Below are positions 13,688-25,569 of a DNA stretch of 64,000 bases, one piece after another; positions within the stretch are counted from its first letter, which is position 1; the number at the start of each line of letters is the position of its first letter. The notes beneath the pieces are model-generated. The model was not told the origin of the DNA and searched no databases. It worked only from the letters and a program-made list of their open reading frames with translations. Source of the DNA: Alphaproteobacteria bacterium (GTDB lineage Bacteria > Pseudomonadota > Alphaproteobacteria > SP197); contig CBDAUG010000001.1 in NCBI GenBank assembly GCA_965200495.1, positions 2,324,885 through 2,388,884 on the forward strand. The letters run 5' to 3'. The position numbers were made by a program, and so were the translations under genes.

Positions 13688-14407
13688 ATGCGTTGTGGCA
13701 TGATCGCCAGAAAGCTGGGAATGAGCAGGATATTCACGCCTGACGGCGGCCATGTCCCGGTCACCGTGCTCGAGGTCAGCGCGAACCGCGTGGTTGCCCG
13801 GCGCTCCACGGAGCGCGATGGATACACGGCCCTGCAGGTCGGTGCCGAAGACGCGCAGGCCCGGCACCTCAACCGGCCCCGTCGCGGGCATTTCGCTGCA
13901 GTCGGCCTCGAGCCGCTGCGCAAGCTTGTCGAGTTCCGCGTCAGCGATGAGGCCGTGTTGCCGGTTGGCGCAAGGCTCTCCGTTGAGCACTTCGTGCCCG
14001 GCCAGAAGGTCGATGTCACCGCCGTGACGCGGGGCCGCGGGTTCGCCGGCGCCATGAAGCGTCACAACTTTGGCGGCATGCGCGCCACCCACGGTGTCTC
14101 GGTGTCCCACCGCGCCCATGGTGCAACAGGCAACAGCCAGGACCCGGGCCGTGTGTGGAAGGGCAAGAAAATGGCCGGGCACATGGGCGACGTGAGAGTG
14201 ACGGTACAAAATCTTGAGGTCATTGCGACCGACGCCGGCAAGGGCCTCATCATGGTCAGGGGCGCCGTGCCGGGTGCGCCCTCCGGCTGGGTGTTGATCC
14301 GGGATGCGGTGAAATCTCCGCCCGGAGACGATGTTCCCTTTCCCGGCGCCCTTGTGGGTGATGACGATCGGGTGGGTGATGACGATCAGCCGGATCAGAC
14401 GTCATGA
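13688..14407 (+). CDS. rplC: 50S ribosomal protein L3 with acidic C-terminal extension
   Basis: The product begins [17 protein letters not shown]. The C-terminus carries a [12 protein letters not shown] duplication. Confidence 0.92.
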   Translation: MRCGMIARKLGMSRIFTPDGGHVPVTVLEVSANRVVARRSTERDGYTALQVGAEDAQARHLNRPRRGHFAAVGLEPLRKLVEFRVSDEAVLPVGARLSVEHFVPGQKVDVTAVTRGRGFAGAMKRHNFGGMRATHGVSVSHRAHGATGNSQDPGRVWKGKKMAGHMGDVRVTVQNLEVIATDAGKGLIMVRGAVPGAPSGWVLIRDAVKSPPGDDVPFPGALVGDDDRVGDDDQPDQTS

Positions 14408-15024
14408 AGATCGACCTGCTTTCCTTTGACGATGGCGCAAGGGGCGATATCGAACTGCCCGAGGACCTGTTCAGCCTTCCCGTCAGACCGGACATCCTTG
14501 CCCGCGTGGTGCGCTGGCAGCTGGCCAAACGGCGCCAGGGCACCCACATGACGAGGACGACCGGCGAGGTCACCGGGACCACGGCCAAGTCCCGGCGCCA
14601 GAAGGGTGGCGGCGCCGCCCGCCATGGCAGCCGCAAGACCAACATTTTCCGCGGCGGAGCCGTGGCCCATGGGCCGCGCCCGCGCAGTCATGCCCACGCG
14701 CTGCCCCGGCGCATCCGCGCCCTGGGACTGAAGACGGCGCTTTCCCTCAAGGCAGGGCAGGGCAAGCTTGTCGTGGTTGACAGCACCCGGATCGGCGAGG
14801 CCAGGACGGCCCGTCTCAGGTCCCGCCTGAAGGAGATGGGCATCACCAATGCGCTCGTCGTCGATGGACGTGAGGTTGACGCCGGTTTCCGGCGCGCCGT
14901 CTCCAACATTCCCGGGATCGACGTGCTTCCCTCCCGCGGCATCAACGTCCATGACATTCTGCGTCACGACACGCTGGTTCTGACCAGCGATGCCGTGACG
15001 GCGCTGAAGGATCGACTCCAATGA
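14404..15024 (+). CDS. rplD: 50S ribosomal protein L4
   Basis: 206-aa L4-like protein. Its start overlaps the rplC stop by 4 nt. Confidence 0.93.
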   Translation: MKIDLLSFDDGARGDIELPEDLFSLPVRPDILARVVRWQLAKRRQGTHMTRTTGEVTGTTAKSRRQKGGGAARHGSRKTNIFRGGAVAHGPRPRSHAHALPRRIRALGLKTALSLKAGQGKLVVVDSTRIGEARTARLRSRLKEMGITNALVVDGREVDAGFRRAVSNIPGIDVLPSRGINVHDILRHDTLVLTSDAVTALKDRLQ

Positions 15025-15314
15025 CGCCCGAGAAGTGCTACGACATCATTGACCGGCCAGTCATCACGGAAAAGTCGATGCGCGGCGCCGCGTGGAACCA
15101 GGTCACCTTCCAGGTGGACCGCAGGGCAACCAAGCGAGAAATCCGCCAGGCCGTCGAAACCATCTTCGGTGTCACGGTCAAGGCGGTGAACACCATGAAT
15201 CAGGCAGGCAAGGTCAAGAGATTCCGTGGCCGCCCGGGCCGTCGCAAGGCCGTCAAGAAGGCGGTGGTGACGCTGGCCGAGGGGCAGCGGATTGATGTGA
15301 CCGGGACACTTTGA
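15021..15314 (+). CDS. rplW: 50S ribosomal protein L23
   Basis: 97 aa, in the canonical S10-operon position. Confidence 0.92.
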   Translation: MTPEKCYDIIDRPVITEKSMRGAAWNQVTFQVDRRATKREIRQAVETIFGVTVKAVNTMNQAGKVKRFRGRPGRRKAVKKAVVTLAEGQRIDVTGTL

Positions 15315-15316
15315 CC

Positions 15317-16150
15317 ATGGCGCTCAGACCCCACAAACCCGTGACACCAGGCAGGCGCGGCCTCGTCCAGGTTGACCGCCGCCATCTTCACAAGGGGCCG
15401 CCGGTCAAGGAATTGACCGAGGGACTCAACGGGAAGGGCGGACGCAACGTCCACGGCCGCATCATGACCCGCCGGCGTGGCGGCGGGCACAAGCGTCGCT
15501 ACCGCAAGGTCGACTTCCGCCGGACAAAGTTTGATGTACCGGCAACGGTTGAACGGCTGGAGTACGATCCCAACCGTTCTGCGCATATCGCTCTTGTGCG
15601 CTATGAGGACGGGGAACAGTCGTACATCCTTGCTCCCCAGCGTCTCGCTGTCGGCGACCGCGTGGTGTCGGGTTCGCGGGTTGATATCCAACCGGGCAAT
15701 GCGATGCCGCTGCACAATATTCCGGTGGGTACCGTGGTGCACAACATCGAGTTCAAGACCGGCGCCGGCGGCAGGATCGCCCGCTCGGCCGGCGCCTATG
15801 CCCAGCTGATCGGCAAGGACCAGGGCTACGCCCAGCTGCGCCTGAAATCGGGCGAAATGCGCGTGGTGCGCGGCGAGTGCATGGCCACCATCGGTGCGGT
15901 ATCGAACCCCGAACACCAGAACCGCAAGCTCGGCAAGGCCGGAAGGTCGCGCTGGCTCGGCAAGAGGCCGTCGGTGCGTGGTGTCGTGATGAACCCGGTG
16001 GATCATCCCCATGGCGGCGGCGAAGGGCGTACAAGCGGTGGCCGTCATCCCGTGACTCCCTGGGGCAAGCCGACCAAGGGTGCGCGCACGCGCTCGAAGA
16101 AAGCCAGCGACAAGCTGATCATCGCCCGTCGCCACCGCAGAAAACGCTAG
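15317..16150 (+). CDS. rplB: 50S ribosomal protein L2
   Basis: The product begins [15 protein letters not shown]. The ORF track starts 6 nt earlier at a TTG. Confidence 0.94.
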   Translation: MALRPHKPVTPGRRGLVQVDRRHLHKGPPVKELTEGLNGKGGRNVHGRIMTRRRGGGHKRRYRKVDFRRTKFDVPATVERLEYDPNRSAHIALVRYEDGEQSYILAPQRLAVGDRVVSGSRVDIQPGNAMPLHNIPVGTVVHNIEFKTGAGGRIARSAGAYAQLIGKDQGYAQLRLKSGEMRVVRGECMATIGAVSNPEHQNRKLGKAGRSRWLGKRPSVRGVVMNPVDHPHGGGEGRTSGGRHPVTPWGKPTKGARTRSKKASDKLIIARRHRRKR

Positions 16151-16160
16151 GAGATCCGAC

Positions 16161-16439
16161 GTGACCCGATCTGTCTGGAAAGGCCCCTTCGTCGACGGCT
16201 ATCTGCTGAGGAAGGCCGATGCCGTGCGCGAGTCCGGGCGCAAGGAAGTGATCAGAACCTGGTCCCGGCGCTCGACGATCGTGCCGCAGTTCGTGGGCCT
16301 CACATTCGGCGTCTACAACGGTCGCCGGCACATTCCCGTGCTGGTGACGGAGAACATGGTGGGCCACAAGTTCGGTGAGTTTTCGCCGACCAGGACCTAC
16401 TACGGACATGCCGCCGACAAGAAGGCGCGGAGAGGCTGA
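16161..16439 (+). CDS. rpsS: 30S ribosomal protein S19
   Basis: 92 aa beginning [12 protein letters not shown]. Confidence 0.95.
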   Translation: MTRSVWKGPFVDGYLLRKADAVRESGRKEVIRTWSRRSTIVPQFVGLTFGVYNGRRHIPVLVTENMVGHKFGEFSPTRTYYGHAADKKARRG

Positions 16440-16443
16440 CGCC

Positions 16444-16827
16444 ATGGCGAGACGGCACACACTGACCGATCCGGACGATGACCGGGTGTATGCCCGGGCC
16501 CGTTCCCTCAGGGTCAGTCCGCGCAAGCTCAACGAGGTGGTGGCGCCGATCAGGGGCAAGGCCCTTGACCGGGCGCTCAACGACCTGCTGTATTCCCGCC
16601 GCCGTATCGCCGGTGATGTGCGCAAGGTCCTGCTGTCGGCGATGGCAAATGCCGAAAACAATCACGGCCTTGATGTTGATCGCCTGGTCGTCAGTGAGGC
16701 CACGGTGGGCCCGGGCCTCACAATGCGCCGTTTCCGGCCAGCTGGCCGCGGCCGCGTCCACCCTTATCGCAAGTCGTTCTCGAATCTCGAGATTGTGCTG
16801 CGCGAAAGCCAGGAAGGTGAAGACTGA
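16444..16827 (+). CDS. rplV: 50S ribosomal protein L22
   Basis: The product begins [30 protein letters not shown]. The internal Met of ORF 16375-16827 was used. Confidence 0.92.
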   Translation: MARRHTLTDPDDDRVYARARSLRVSPRKLNEVVAPIRGKALDRALNDLLYSRRRIAGDVRKVLLSAMANAENNHGLDVDRLVVSEATVGPGLTMRRFRPAGRGRVHPYRKSFSNLEIVLRESQEGED

Positions 16828-16828
16828 T

Positions 16829-17518
16829 ATGGGACACAAGGTCAATCCTGTCGGCTTGCGTCTCGGCATCAACCGGACATGGGATTCGCGCTGGTATGCC
16901 AGTGGCGCGGGCTATGCCCGAATGCTGCACGAGGATCTGGCCATACGCCGCATGGTGCGCAGCCAGCTGTCGCAGGCAGGCATCTCCAAGGTTGTCGTCG
17001 AACGCCAGGCATCCAGGGTGCGGGTCCTGATCCATACGGCGAGGCCCGGTGTCGTCATCGGCACCCGCGGCAAGGGCATCAAGTCGCTGAGCGAGAGTCT
17101 CCAGACGCTGACCGAATCGACCGTTGCGGTGAACATTGTCGAGATTCGCAAACCCGAGGTGGACGCCTACCTGATTGCCGAGAACATCGCCCAGCAGCTG
17201 GAACGGCGGGTCTCCTTCCGTCGTGCCATGAAGCGGGCCGTGCAGTCGGCCATGCGGCTGGGAGCCGAGGGGATTCGCATCAACGTCGAGGGACGTCTGG
17301 GTGGCGCCGAGATAGCCCGCGCGGAATGGTATCGCGAGGGCAGGGTGCCGCTCCACACCCTGAGAGCCGATATCGACTTCGGCCGGGTCACGGCCAAGAC
17401 CGCCTACGGAACGCTCGGCGTCAAGGCCTGGGTCTTCAAGGGCGAGGTGTTCACCCACGATCCAGGGGCCCATGAGCGTCGTGAAACAGAGCTTCACGGT
17501 ACACAGGCGAGGGTGTAA
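16829..17518 (+). CDS. rpsC: 30S ribosomal protein S3
   Basis: The product begins [24 protein letters not shown] (KH domain). The internal Met of ORF 16478-17518 was used. Confidence 0.93.
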   Translation: MGHKVNPVGLRLGINRTWDSRWYASGAGYARMLHEDLAIRRMVRSQLSQAGISKVVVERQASRVRVLIHTARPGVVIGTRGKGIKSLSESLQTLTESTVAVNIVEIRKPEVDAYLIAENIAQQLERRVSFRRAMKRAVQSAMRLGAEGIRINVEGRLGGAEIARAEWYREGRVPLHTLRADIDFGRVTAKTAYGTLGVKAWVFKGEVFTHDPGAHERRETELHGTQARV

Positions 17519-17523
17519 CAGTC

Positions 17524-17946
17524 ATGCTTTCTCCGAAGAAGACGCGTTACCGCAAGGCCCAGAAGGGTCGTATCCACGGCAATGCCAAGGGATACACGAG
17601 CCTCAATTTCGGTGCCTACGGCATGAAGGCCCAGGCCGCAGGCCGTATCACCGCGCGGCAGATCGAGGCGTCCAGGCGTGCCATCACCCGTTACATGAAA
17701 CGTGCCGGGCGTGTCTGGGTGACGGTCTTCCCCGATGTGCCGGTGTCGACCAAGCCGGCCGAGGTGCGCATGGGCAAGGGCAAGGGCTCGCCCGAGTACT
17801 GGATGTGCCGGGTCAAGCCTGGGCGGGTGATGTTCGAACTCGACGGCGTTGACGAGACGACAGCCCGTGAAGCCATCAGGCTGGGGGCCGCGAAGTTGCC
17901 GATACCGGTGCGTTTCATCCAGCGTCATTCCGGAGGCATGGCATGA
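17524..17946 (+). CDS. rplP: 50S ribosomal protein L16
   Basis: The product begins [17 protein letters not shown]. Confidence 0.94.
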   Translation: MLSPKKTRYRKAQKGRIHGNAKGYTSLNFGAYGMKAQAAGRITARQIEASRRAITRYMKRAGRVWVTVFPDVPVSTKPAEVRMGKGKGSPEYWMCRVKPGRVMFELDGVDETTAREAIRLGAAKLPIPVRFIQRHSGGMA

Positions 17947-18149
17947 AGGCTGTCGAAGTCCGGGCCCTGAGCGTCGACGAGAGGCGCGAGCGGTTGCTTT
18001 CCCTGAAGAAGGAGCTCCTGAACCTGCGCTTTCAGCAGGCCAACGGCCGCGAGGGCAACACGGCGCGTGTGCGGCAGATCCGCCGCGACATCGCGCGCAT
18101 CAAGACTGTTGAAGGTCGGTCCAGGGCCGGCCATGAAGGAGGTGCCTGA
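17943..18149 (+). CDS. rpmC: 50S ribosomal protein L29
   Basis: 68 aa, between rplP and rpsQ. Confidence 0.9.
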   Translation: MKAVEVRALSVDERRERLLSLKKELLNLRFQQANGREGNTARVRQIRRDIARIKTVEGRSRAGHEGGA

Positions 18150-18152
18150 GTC

Positions 18153-18389
18153 ATGCCGCGACGTACGATGCAGGGAGTGGTGACAGGCAAGTCGGGCGAC
18201 AAGACCGTCGTCGTCAGGGTCGACCGGCTTATGAAGCATCCGCTCTACAAGAAGACAATCCGCCGATCCAGGCGCTATCACGTCCACGACGAGACCAATG
18301 AGGTCCAGGTCGGCGACAGGGTTCGCATCAGTGAAAGCAGGCCGCTTTCGAAGCTCAAGCGGTGGACGGTTCTCGAACCTGCAGTCTGA
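18153..18389 (+). CDS. rpsQ: 30S ribosomal protein S17
   Basis: 78-aa S17-like protein. Confidence 0.92.
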   Translation: MPRRTMQGVVTGKSGDKTVVVRVDRLMKHPLYKKTIRRSRRYHVHDETNEVQVGDRVRISESRPLSKLKRWTVLEPAV

Positions 18390-18417
18390 CCGGCGTGACC
18401 GTTGGGAGAAGTGATCG

Positions 18418-18801
18418 ATGATCCAGGCTGAGACCAATCTCTTTGTGGCCGATAACTCCGGCGCGAGGCGTGTGCAGTGCATCAAGGTGCTCGGCGGCTC
18501 GAAGCGCAAGACCGCCAGTGTGGGCGACATCATTGTCGTCACGGTCAAGGATGCCGATCCCCGGTCACCGGACCGCAGCGCCAAGATCAGGAAAGGCGAT
18601 GTGGCACGCGCCGTGATCGTGCGTACCGCCAAGGAGATCCGCCGACCGGACGGTAGCGCCCTGCGCTTCGATCGCAACGCCGCGGTGATCATCAACCGGC
18701 AGAATGAACCGGTGGGCACACGCATCTTCGGGCCGGTCACGCGGGAACTGCGTTCGCGCCATTTCATGAAGATCATTTCGCTCGCTCCCGAGGTGCTGTG
18801 A
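18418..18801 (+). CDS. rplN: 50S ribosomal protein L14
   Basis: The product begins [27 protein letters not shown]. Confidence 0.95.
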   Translation: MIQAETNLFVADNSGARRVQCIKVLGGSKRKTASVGDIIVVTVKDADPRSPDRSAKIRKGDVARAVIVRTAKEIRRPDGSALRFDRNAAVIINRQNEPVGTRIFGPVTRELRSRHFMKIISLAPEVL

Positions 18802-19118
18802 TGGCTGCACGGATCAAGCATGGCGACCGCGTGGTCGTGCTCGCCGGTCGCGACCGGGGACAGCAGGGTGAGGTTCTCAAGGTCCTGCCGCGCCAGGGCA
18901 CGGCCATTGTCTCCGGAATCAACGTGGCACGGCGCCACGTCAGAGCGACGGCAAGAGACCCGGGTGGCATCGTGACCAAGGAACTCGCGATCAATCTTTC
19001 CAATCTGGCGGTGGCTGATCCCGTCGACGGCAGACCCACCCGTGTCGGATTCCGCACGCTCGACGATGGCCGCAAGGTCCGCGTGGCCAAGCGTTCCGGT
19101 GAAGTGATTGACGGATGA
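18798..19118 (+). CDS. rplX: 50S ribosomal protein L24
   Basis: 106 aa, in the spc-operon position. Confidence 0.92.
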   Translation: MMAARIKHGDRVVVLAGRDRGQQGEVLKVLPRQGTAIVSGINVARRHVRATARDPGGIVTKELAINLSNLAVADPVDGRPTRVGFRTLDDGRKVRVAKRSGEVIDG

Positions 19119-19132
19119 AGGAGAGCAACGCC

Positions 19133-19681
19133 ATGGCTGCGCCGCGTCTCAAGGCAATGTATGACAGCACCATCCGTCCGGCAATGATGGAAACGTTCGG
19201 TTACAGGAACATCCACGCCGTGCCCCGGCTCGACAAGATCGTCCTCAACATGGGTGTGGGCGATGCCGTGCAGGATTCGAAGCAGGCCGATGCCGCCGCC
19301 GGGGAGCTGACACTGATTGCCGGACAAAAGGCGGTCGTCACAAGGGCCTCGCGTTCCGTCTCGAACTTCAAGCTGCGCGAAGGCATGCCTGTCGGCGCGC
19401 GGGTCACGCTGCGCGGACGCCGCATGTACGAATTCCTCGACCGCCTCGTCACCATAGCCCTGCCCAGGGTGCGTGACTTTCGCGGCGTCAGTGCGAAGAG
19501 CTTCGACGGCAGGGGCAATTTTGCCATGGGCCTGAAGGAGCAGATCGTGTTCCCGGAGATCGACTACGACCGGGTCAGCCGCATTCGTGGGCTCGATATC
19601 GTGATCTGCACCACAGCCGGGACCAACGATGAAGCCTGGCGCCTGCTTGACGGCTTCCGCATGCCATTCAACAGAACGTGA
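19133..19681 (+). CDS. rplE: 50S ribosomal protein L5
   Basis: The product begins [16 protein letters not shown]. The internal Met of ORF 19115-19681 was used. Confidence 0.92.
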   Translation: MAAPRLKAMYDSTIRPAMMETFGYRNIHAVPRLDKIVLNMGVGDAVQDSKQADAAAGELTLIAGQKAVVTRASRSVSNFKLREGMPVGARVTLRGRRMYEFLDRLVTIALPRVRDFRGVSAKSFDGRGNFAMGLKEQIVFPEIDYDRVSRIRGLDIVICTTAGTNDEAWRLLDGFRMPFNRT

Positions 19682-19717
19682 ACATCTGTCGAGGGAGTTC
19701 CCAACGAAAGGACCATC

Positions 19718-20023
19718 ATGGCAAAGAAGAGCGCCATCGAAAGAAACAAGCGACGCAAGAAACTGGTCGCACGCTTTGCTGCCAGGCGGGCTGCACTCCG
19801 CGCCCAGGCGAACGCACAGGACCTTCCCGTCGAAGAGCGTTTCCAGGCGCGACTGAAGCTCGCCAAGCTGCCGCGCAACTCATCGAAGGTCAGGGTGCGC
19901 AACCGCTGTGCCGTGACCGGCAGGCCGCGCGGTTATCACCGCAAGTTCGACATGTCCCGGGTGATGCTGCGCGAACTGGCCTCCGATGGCCTGATTCCCG
20001 GCATGATCAAGTCAAGCTGGTGA
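19718..20023 (+). CDS. rpsN: 30S ribosomal protein S14
   Basis: 101 aa containing [28 protein letters not shown]. Confidence 0.93.
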   Translation: MAKKSAIERNKRRKKLVARFAARRAALRAQANAQDLPVEERFQARLKLAKLPRNSSKVRVRNRCAVTGRPRGYHRKFDMSRVMLRELASDGLIPGMIKSSW

Positions 20024-20042
20024 GCGAGGTGAGACAAGCGTC

Positions 20043-20441
20043 ATGACGATGACCGATCCCCTGGGCGACATGCTGGCCCGCATCCGCAACGGACATATGC
20101 GCGGCAAGTCGCGCATCAACTGTCCGGCGTCGAAACTCAAGGAAAACGTGCTCGGTGTGCTCAAGCGCGAGGGCTACATTCGTGATTGGCGCCGCACCAG
20201 CGAGATGTCGTCGCGCCCCGAACTTGTCATCGAGCTCAAGTACTACGAAGGCGAACCGGTCATCCGGGAGATCGGCAGGATATCCACACCCGGACGCCGC
20301 ATCTATAGCGGTGTCAGGGGCATGCCCGGCGTCTACGGCGGTCTGGGCATTACCATCATGTCAACGCCAAAGGGCGTGATGACCGATGACGAGGCACGGG
20401 CCGCCAATGTGGGCGGCGAAGTGCTGTGTCGCGTCTTCTGA
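20043..20441 (+). CDS. rpsH: 30S ribosomal protein S8
   Basis: The product begins [17 protein letters not shown]. Confidence 0.93.
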   Translation: MTMTDPLGDMLARIRNGHMRGKSRINCPASKLKENVLGVLKREGYIRDWRRTSEMSSRPELVIELKYYEGEPVIREIGRISTPGRRIYSGVRGMPGVYGGLGITIMSTPKGVMTDDEARAANVGGEVLCRVF

Positions 20442-20470
20442 CGCTGTCTGCGCGGAAGGAAAGGCAAGCC

Positions 20471-21004
20471 ATGTCCCGGATCGGAAAGAACGCGATCGCC
20501 GTGCCCGAGGGAGTCGATGTCACGGTTGGCGAGTCCTCGATCGAGATCTCCGGAGCGAAGGGATCGCTCATGCGGTCCTTTCTGCCTGAGGTGTCCGTTG
20601 CCGTCGAGGGGGCCACTGTGGTGGTCACACCGAATGCGTCATCGCGACAGGCGACGGCCCTGTGGGGGACAACGCGCTCCAGCATTCAGTCGATGGTGAC
20701 GGGGGTCTCGTCGGGATTCCGTCGCACACTCGAACTCCAGGGCGTCGGTTACCGGGCGCAGATGCAGGGCAATGTGCTGCGACTCCAGGTCGGCTACAGT
20801 CACGACATCGAGATCCCGGTGCCCGAGGGTCTCGCCATCGAGTGCCCGAGCCAGCAGGAGATTGTCATCAGTGGTATCGACAAGCAGCGTGTCGGCCAGC
20901 TCGCCTCCGAAATCAGGCGTGTGCGGCCACCCGAGCCATACAAGGGCAAGGGGATTCGCTACCACGGTGAACTCGTGCTGCGCAAGGAAGGCAAGAAGAA
21001 GTAG
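20471..21004 (+). CDS. rplF: 50S ribosomal protein L6
   Basis: The product begins [15 protein letters not shown]. The internal Met of ORF 20426-21004 was used. Confidence 0.92.
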   Translation: MSRIGKNAIAVPEGVDVTVGESSIEISGAKGSLMRSFLPEVSVAVEGATVVVTPNASSRQATALWGTTRSSIQSMVTGVSSGFRRTLELQGVGYRAQMQGNVLRLQVGYSHDIEIPVPEGLAIECPSQQEIVISGIDKQRVGQLASEIRRVRPPEPYKGKGIRYHGELVLRKEGKKK

Positions 21005-21012
21005 GGGCGGTC

Positions 21013-21375
21013 ATGAAGACGGCAAGAGAACTCGAGGCGCGCCGCAGGGTGCGCACGCGCCTCAAGGTAAAGGCACGGGCTGCCGGTCGGCCGCGGCTCT
21101 GTGTCTTTCGCTCGTCACGAAACATCTATGCGCAGATCATCGAGGACGGCGCCGGGATCACCCTGGCTTCGGCCTCCAGCATCGACAGCGGGATCAAGGG
21201 CGAGATTGCAAACGGCGCCACGATCGATGCGGCGTCGCATATTGGCAAGGCCATTGCCGAGCGCGCCATCGCCGTCGGCGTGACCGAGGTGATCTTTGAT
21301 CGCGGCGGTTACCGCTATCACGGTCGCGTCAAGGCACTTGCCGACGCCGCCCGTGAGAGCGGCCTCAAACTCTAG
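21013..21375 (+). CDS. rplR: 50S ribosomal protein L18
   Basis: 120-aa L18-like protein. Confidence 0.92.
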   Translation: MKTARELEARRRVRTRLKVKARAAGRPRLCVFRSSRNIYAQIIEDGAGITLASASSIDSGIKGEIANGATIDAASHIGKAIAERAIAVGVTEVIFDRGGYRYHGRVKALADAARESGLKL

Positions 21376-21400
21376 AACGTGTTCTGGAAGGAGTATGCGG

Positions 21401-21952
21401 ATGGCATCATCGGGTCGTGAACGCAGCGGCGGACGCCGGGGCGGCGGTGACAACCGGGAAGGGAGCGAGTTTCTCGAGAAGCTCGTCAGCATCAACAGGG
21501 TCGCCAAGGTCGTCAAGGGCGGCCGGCGCTTCGGGTTTGCTGCGCTCGTCGTTGTCGGTGACCAGAAAGGGCGCGCCGGTCATGGCGCCGGCAAGGCGCG
21601 CGAAGTGCCCGAGGCGATTCGCAAGGCCACCGAACAGGCTCGCCGCAACATGATACGGGTGCCGCTGCGCGAAGGGCGGACACTGCATCACGATGTGACC
21701 GGACGCTATGGCGCCGGGCGCGTGGTCCTGCGTTCCGCGCCACCGGGCACCGGCGTCATTGCCGGCGGTCCGATGCGCGCCGTCTTCGAGGCCCTGGGCG
21801 CCCAGGACGTGGTCTGCAAGTCGACCGGCAGCGCCAATCCGCACAACATGGTCAAGGCGACCTTCGATGCGCTGGCGCGTACGATGTCGCCACGGCAGGT
21901 GGCGGCCAAGCGCAACAAGGCGATTCGCCCGATCCAGGGCTCGAGGGCATGA
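21401..21952 (+). CDS. rpsE: 30S ribosomal protein S5
   Basis: The product begins [11 protein letters not shown]...[22 protein letters not shown]. The internal Met of ORF 21296-21952 was used. Confidence 0.92.
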   Translation: MASSGRERSGGRRGGGDNREGSEFLEKLVSINRVAKVVKGGRRFGFAALVVVGDQKGRAGHGAGKAREVPEAIRKATEQARRNMIRVPLREGRTLHHDVTGRYGAGRVVLRSAPPGTGVIAGGPMRAVFEALGAQDVVCKSTGSANPHNMVKATFDALARTMSPRQVAAKRNKAIRPIQGSRA

Positions 21953-22164
21953 TGGAACAGGCAGCAACCGGGCGCATCAGGGTCACGCAGACCGGCAGCC
22001 CCATCGGTCGTCCGGCGGACCAGCGCCAGACACTCGTCGGCCTGGGCCTGGGGCGCATGGCGAGAACGCGTATCCTCGAGGATACGCCCGCGGTGCGCGG
22101 CATGCTGAGGAAGGTGCATCATCTTGTGGACTGGGAAGAGATCGGCGGGGACACCGACTCATGA
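21949..22164 (+). CDS. rpmD: 50S ribosomal protein L30
   Basis: 71 aa containing [27 protein letters not shown]. Confidence 0.9.
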   Translation: MMEQAATGRIRVTQTGSPIGRPADQRQTLVGLGLGRMARTRILEDTPAVRGMLRKVHHLVDWEEIGGDTDS

Positions 22165-22622
22165 AACTCAACGAGATCCGTGACAATCACGGCGCCACCC
22201 ACGCGCGCAAGCGCCGCGGACGTGGCATCGGTTCCGGCCTTGGCAAGACAGGTGGACGTGGCCACAAGGGTCAGAAATCACGTTCCGGCGTGGCCCTTGC
22301 CAGCTTTGAGGGCGGCCAGATGCCCATCTATCGTCGCCTGCCGATGCGCGGATTCAAGAACCCGTCGCGCAGGCGTTATGTGGAAGTGACACTGGAGCGC
22401 CTGCAGCGGGCCATCGATTCGGGCAGACTCGACGCCAGCCAGGCCATGACCGGGGAAACCCTGCACGCGGCCGGCGTCATCAGGCGGCTTCGCGATGGCG
22501 TGAGCCTTCTTGGTTCGGGCGAACTGGCGGCGCGCATCGAGATCACGGTTGCCCGGGTCACGAAATCGGCGCGTCGGCAGATCGAGGAACGCGGCGGCAC
22601 GGTCAACGTGACCGCCGGTTGA
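22161..22622 (+). CDS. rplO: 50S ribosomal protein L15
   Basis: The product begins [38 protein letters not shown]. The internal ATG of ORF 21708-22622 was used. Confidence 0.92.
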   Translation: MKLNEIRDNHGATHARKRRGRGIGSGLGKTGGRGHKGQKSRSGVALASFEGGQMPIYRRLPMRGFKNPSRRRYVEVTLERLQRAIDSGRLDASQAMTGETLHAAGVIRRLRDGVSLLGSGELAARIEITVARVTKSARRQIEERGGTVNVTAG

Positions 22623-23980
22623 CGACAAGGGGCATGGCAATCCGTCAGGATCAGTTCGCCGGCCAGCTCAATCTGGGGGCTATCGGCAAGGCGACGGAAC
22701 TCAGGAAGCGCCTGTGGTTCACCCTTGGCGCACTGGTGGTCTATCGATTGGGCACCTACATCCCCATTCCGGGTGTCGATCCCTCGATCCTGGGCGATAT
22801 CTTCCAGCAGCAGGCCGGCGGCATCCTGTCGATGTTCAACATGTTTGCCGGCGGCGCCCTGGAACGCATGACGATCTTCGCGCTCAACGTCATGCCCTAT
22901 ATCTCTGCAGCCATCATCATGCAGCTCATGACGGCGGTCTCGCCGCGCCTCGATCAGCTCAAGAAGGAAGGCGAATCGGGACGCAAGACGATGAACCAGT
23001 ACACCCGTTACCTGACGGTGGCCCTGTGCATCGTCCAGGGCTACGGCATCGCCGTCGGTCTCGAGGCGATGGCGGGAAGTCAGGGTTCGGCGGTCATCGA
23101 ACCCGGGCTCTTCTTCCGCTTCACGACGGTCGTCACCCTGGTGGGCGGCACCATGTTCCTGCTGTGGCTTGGCGAGCAGGTGACCCAGAGGGGTGTCGGC
23201 AACGGTGTGTCCCTCATCATCTTCGCCGGTATCGTCGCCAGCTTCCCGGGCGCCATTGCCCAGCTGCTGGAACTGGGCCGGGTGGGCTCGCTTTCCGCGT
23301 TCACCATCATGGCGATCTTCATTGGCGCGGGCCTGATCATCTACTGGATTGTGTGGATGGAACGTGCCCAGAGACGCATCATCGTTCAGTATCCCAAACG
23401 CCAGGTCGGCAATCGCATGTTCGGCGGCGAGAGTTCCTATCTCCCCCTCAAGCTCAACACGGCCGGCGTCATTCCTCCCATCTTTGCCAGTTCCATCCTT
23501 CTGATGCCTGCGACCTTTGCCAGCTTCTCGGCAGTGGGAAGCGGTTCGAACTGGTTGACGGAAATCACCAGACTGCTGGGTCGCGGCGAGCCCCTCTACC
23601 TGCTGATCTTCGGTTCGGCGATCATCTTCTTCTGCTATTTCTACACGGCGGTGGTCTTCAATCCGGCAGATACCGCGGACAACCTGAGAAAGAACGGCGG
23701 CTTCATTCCGGGCATCAGGCCGGGCAAGAACACCACCGAGTACCTTGATTTCGTTCTCACCAGGCTGACCACCGTCGGCGCGCTCTACCTGGCCTTCGTG
23801 TGCCTGCTGCCCGAGTACCTGATCGGCAGCCTTGCCATTCCCGTCTTTCTCGGCGGCACGTCGCTTCTCATATGCGTCACCGTGACCATGGACACGGTTT
23901 CCCAGATCCAGTCTCATCTGCTGGCGCACCAGTACGAGGGACTTATCCGAAAGGCCAAGCTCAAGGGGAGGCGGCGATGA
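22619..23980 (+). CDS. secY: preprotein translocase subunit SecY
   Basis: 453 aa with 10 TM segments and a SecY-like N-terminus. Confidence 0.95.
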   Translation: MTTRGMAIRQDQFAGQLNLGAIGKATELRKRLWFTLGALVVYRLGTYIPIPGVDPSILGDIFQQQAGGILSMFNMFAGGALERMTIFALNVMPYISAAIIMQLMTAVSPRLDQLKKEGESGRKTMNQYTRYLTVALCIVQGYGIAVGLEAMAGSQGSAVIEPGLFFRFTTVVTLVGGTMFLLWLGEQVTQRGVGNGVSLIIFAGIVASFPGAIAQLLELGRVGSLSAFTIMAIFIGAGLIIYWIVWMERAQRRIIVQYPKRQVGNRMFGGESSYLPLKLNTAGVIPPIFASSILLMPATFASFSAVGSGSNWLTEITRLLGRGEPLYLLIFGSAIIFFCYFYTAVVFNPADTADNLRKNGGFIPGIRPGKNTTEYLDFVLTRLTTVGALYLAFVCLLPEYLIGSLAIPVFLGGTSLLICVTVTMDTVSQIQSHLLAHQYEGLIRKAKLKGRRR

Positions 23981-24663
23981 AGCTGCTTCTGCTCGGTCCT
24001 CCGGGGGCGGGCAAGGGAACCCAGGCGCATCGTCTGATGGCGCGCTACGGCGGCATCCCCCAGCTTGCGACGGGGGACATGCTGCGCAAGGAAGTGGCCG
24101 ATCGCAGCAAGATCGGCCTGACCGCGGCCGCGTTCATAGAACGCGGCGAGCTTGTCAGCGATGACCTTATCATTGCCATGATCGCGGGACGCATCGAACA
24201 GGAGGAATGCCGGAATGGCTTCATCCTGGACGGATTTCCCCGGTCTCCGGTTCAGGCCAAGGCTCTTGACGCCATGCTGTCGTCGCACTCGAGCGCCCTT
24301 GATCGCGTCATCGAGATCGGTGTCGATGAAGACATTCTCGTCAGCCGCATCACCGGACGTTTCACCTGCCGCGCCTGCGGGGCAGGTTACCACGATGTTT
24401 TCCACAAACCCGCCACGAGCGGCGTGTGCGACGTCTGCGGCGCAACGGACTTCGTCCGGCGCGCCGACGACAACGAGGAAACGGTGCGCTCGAGGCTGGC
24501 CGTCTACCACTGCCAGACGGAGCCCCTCCTGCCGTACTACGCGTCCCGCGGCATTCTCGTGACAGTCGACGGCATGGCGGCCATTGATGCGGTGACCGAG
24601 CAGATACTCGCGGCGCTTCCGGCGTCTTCGACGATTGACAGCGACGGCGCAAGCCGACTATGA
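23977..24663 (+). CDS. adk: adenylate kinase (zinc-lid type)
   Basis: The product begins [17 protein letters not shown]. The lid carries a CRACG...CDVCG zinc motif. The start overlaps the secY stop in an ATGA sequence. Confidence 0.94.
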   Translation: MKLLLLGPPGAGKGTQAHRLMARYGGIPQLATGDMLRKEVADRSKIGLTAAAFIERGELVSDDLIIAMIAGRIEQEECRNGFILDGFPRSPVQAKALDAMLSSHSSALDRVIEIGVDEDILVSRITGRFTCRACGAGYHDVFHKPATSGVCDVCGATDFVRRADDNEETVRSRLAVYHCQTEPLLPYYASRGILVTVDGMAAIDAVTEQILAALPASSTIDSDGASRL

Positions 24664-24730
24664 TGGCGATCTCGTCCGCCAATCAAATTCATCCATATCC
24701 CCTTCAGTTACTGGCCAGGGAGAGACGGCT

Positions 24731-25099
24731 TTGGCGCGCATTGCAGGAGTGAACATCCCGACGTCCAAACGGGTGGAAGTGGCGCTCACCTATATTCACG
24801 GGATCGGCCGCACGAGTGCGCGCCAGATCTGCCGTGTGGCGCGCATACCCGATACCAGGCGTGTCAACGAACTCACGGACGCGGAAGTCGTGCAGATCCG
24901 CGAACTGATCGACCGCGACTACAGGGTGGAAGGTGATCTGCGTCGCGAGGTGGCCATGAGCATCAAGCGGTTGATGGATCTCGGATGCAACCGCGGTATC
25001 CGTCACCGCAAGGGACTGCCTGTCCGGGGCCAGAACACGCACAACAATGCGCGAACCCGCAAGGGCAAGGCGCGGCCGGTCGCCGGCAAGAAGAAGTAG
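24731..25099 (+). CDS. rpsM: 30S ribosomal protein S13 (TTG start inferred)
   Basis: The product reads (M)[25 protein letters not shown]. No ATG is present, and a TTG lies at the expected start. Confidence 0.88.
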   Translation: MARIAGVNIPTSKRVEVALTYIHGIGRTSARQICRVARIPDTRRVNELTDAEVVQIRELIDRDYRVEGDLRREVAMSIKRLMDLGCNRGIRHRKGLPVRGQNTHNNARTRKGKARPVAGKKK

Positions 25100-25109
25100 A
25101 GTCCCGAGC

Positions 25110-25499
25110 ATGGCACGTGAAGCAACCCGCGTCAGGCGGCGCGAGAGGAAGAACATTACATCGGGCCTCGCCCATGTGACCGCTTCGTTCAACAACACGA
25201 TGATCACGATCACCGACGCCCAGGGCAATGCCATCTCCTGGTCGTCAGCGGGGTCCATGGGTTTCAAGGGATCACGCAAGTCAACGCCCTATGCAGCACA
25301 GATGGCCGCCGAAGATGCTGGCCGCAAGGCCCAGGAACACGGGGTCCAGACTCTGGAAGTCTATGTCAAGGGCCCGGGTTCGGGACGTGAATCGGCCCTG
25401 CGCGCCCTCTCTGCAATCGGTTTCCAGATCACGGCCATCCAGGACGTGACCCCCATCCCGCACAACGGGTGCCGACCGCGCAAGCGTCGCCGGGTCTGA
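25110..25499 (+). CDS. rpsK: 30S ribosomal protein S11
   Basis: The product begins [23 protein letters not shown]. The internal Met of ORF 25047-25499 was used. Confidence 0.92.
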   Translation: MAREATRVRRRERKNITSGLAHVTASFNNTMITITDAQGNAISWSSAGSMGFKGSRKSTPYAAQMAAEDAGRKAQEHGVQTLEVYVKGPGSGRESALRALSAIGFQITAIQDVTPIPHNGCRPRKRRRV

Positions 25500-25569
25500 C
25501 CCTTAGACATCGTGACCCTGATGGACGCCGCGATGATGGCAGCGTCACCAATGAGGTAGTGGACAAGCA

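Noticed and set aside
22376-23929. 517-aa minus-strand ORF opposite secY. Similar cases lie opposite rpoA (25720-26727), rarA (27376-28284), the pseudouridine synthase (29132-30277) and pccB/pccA (31371-33353)
   Set aside because: Each is antisense to a gene with clear family signatures. None has recognisable motifs.
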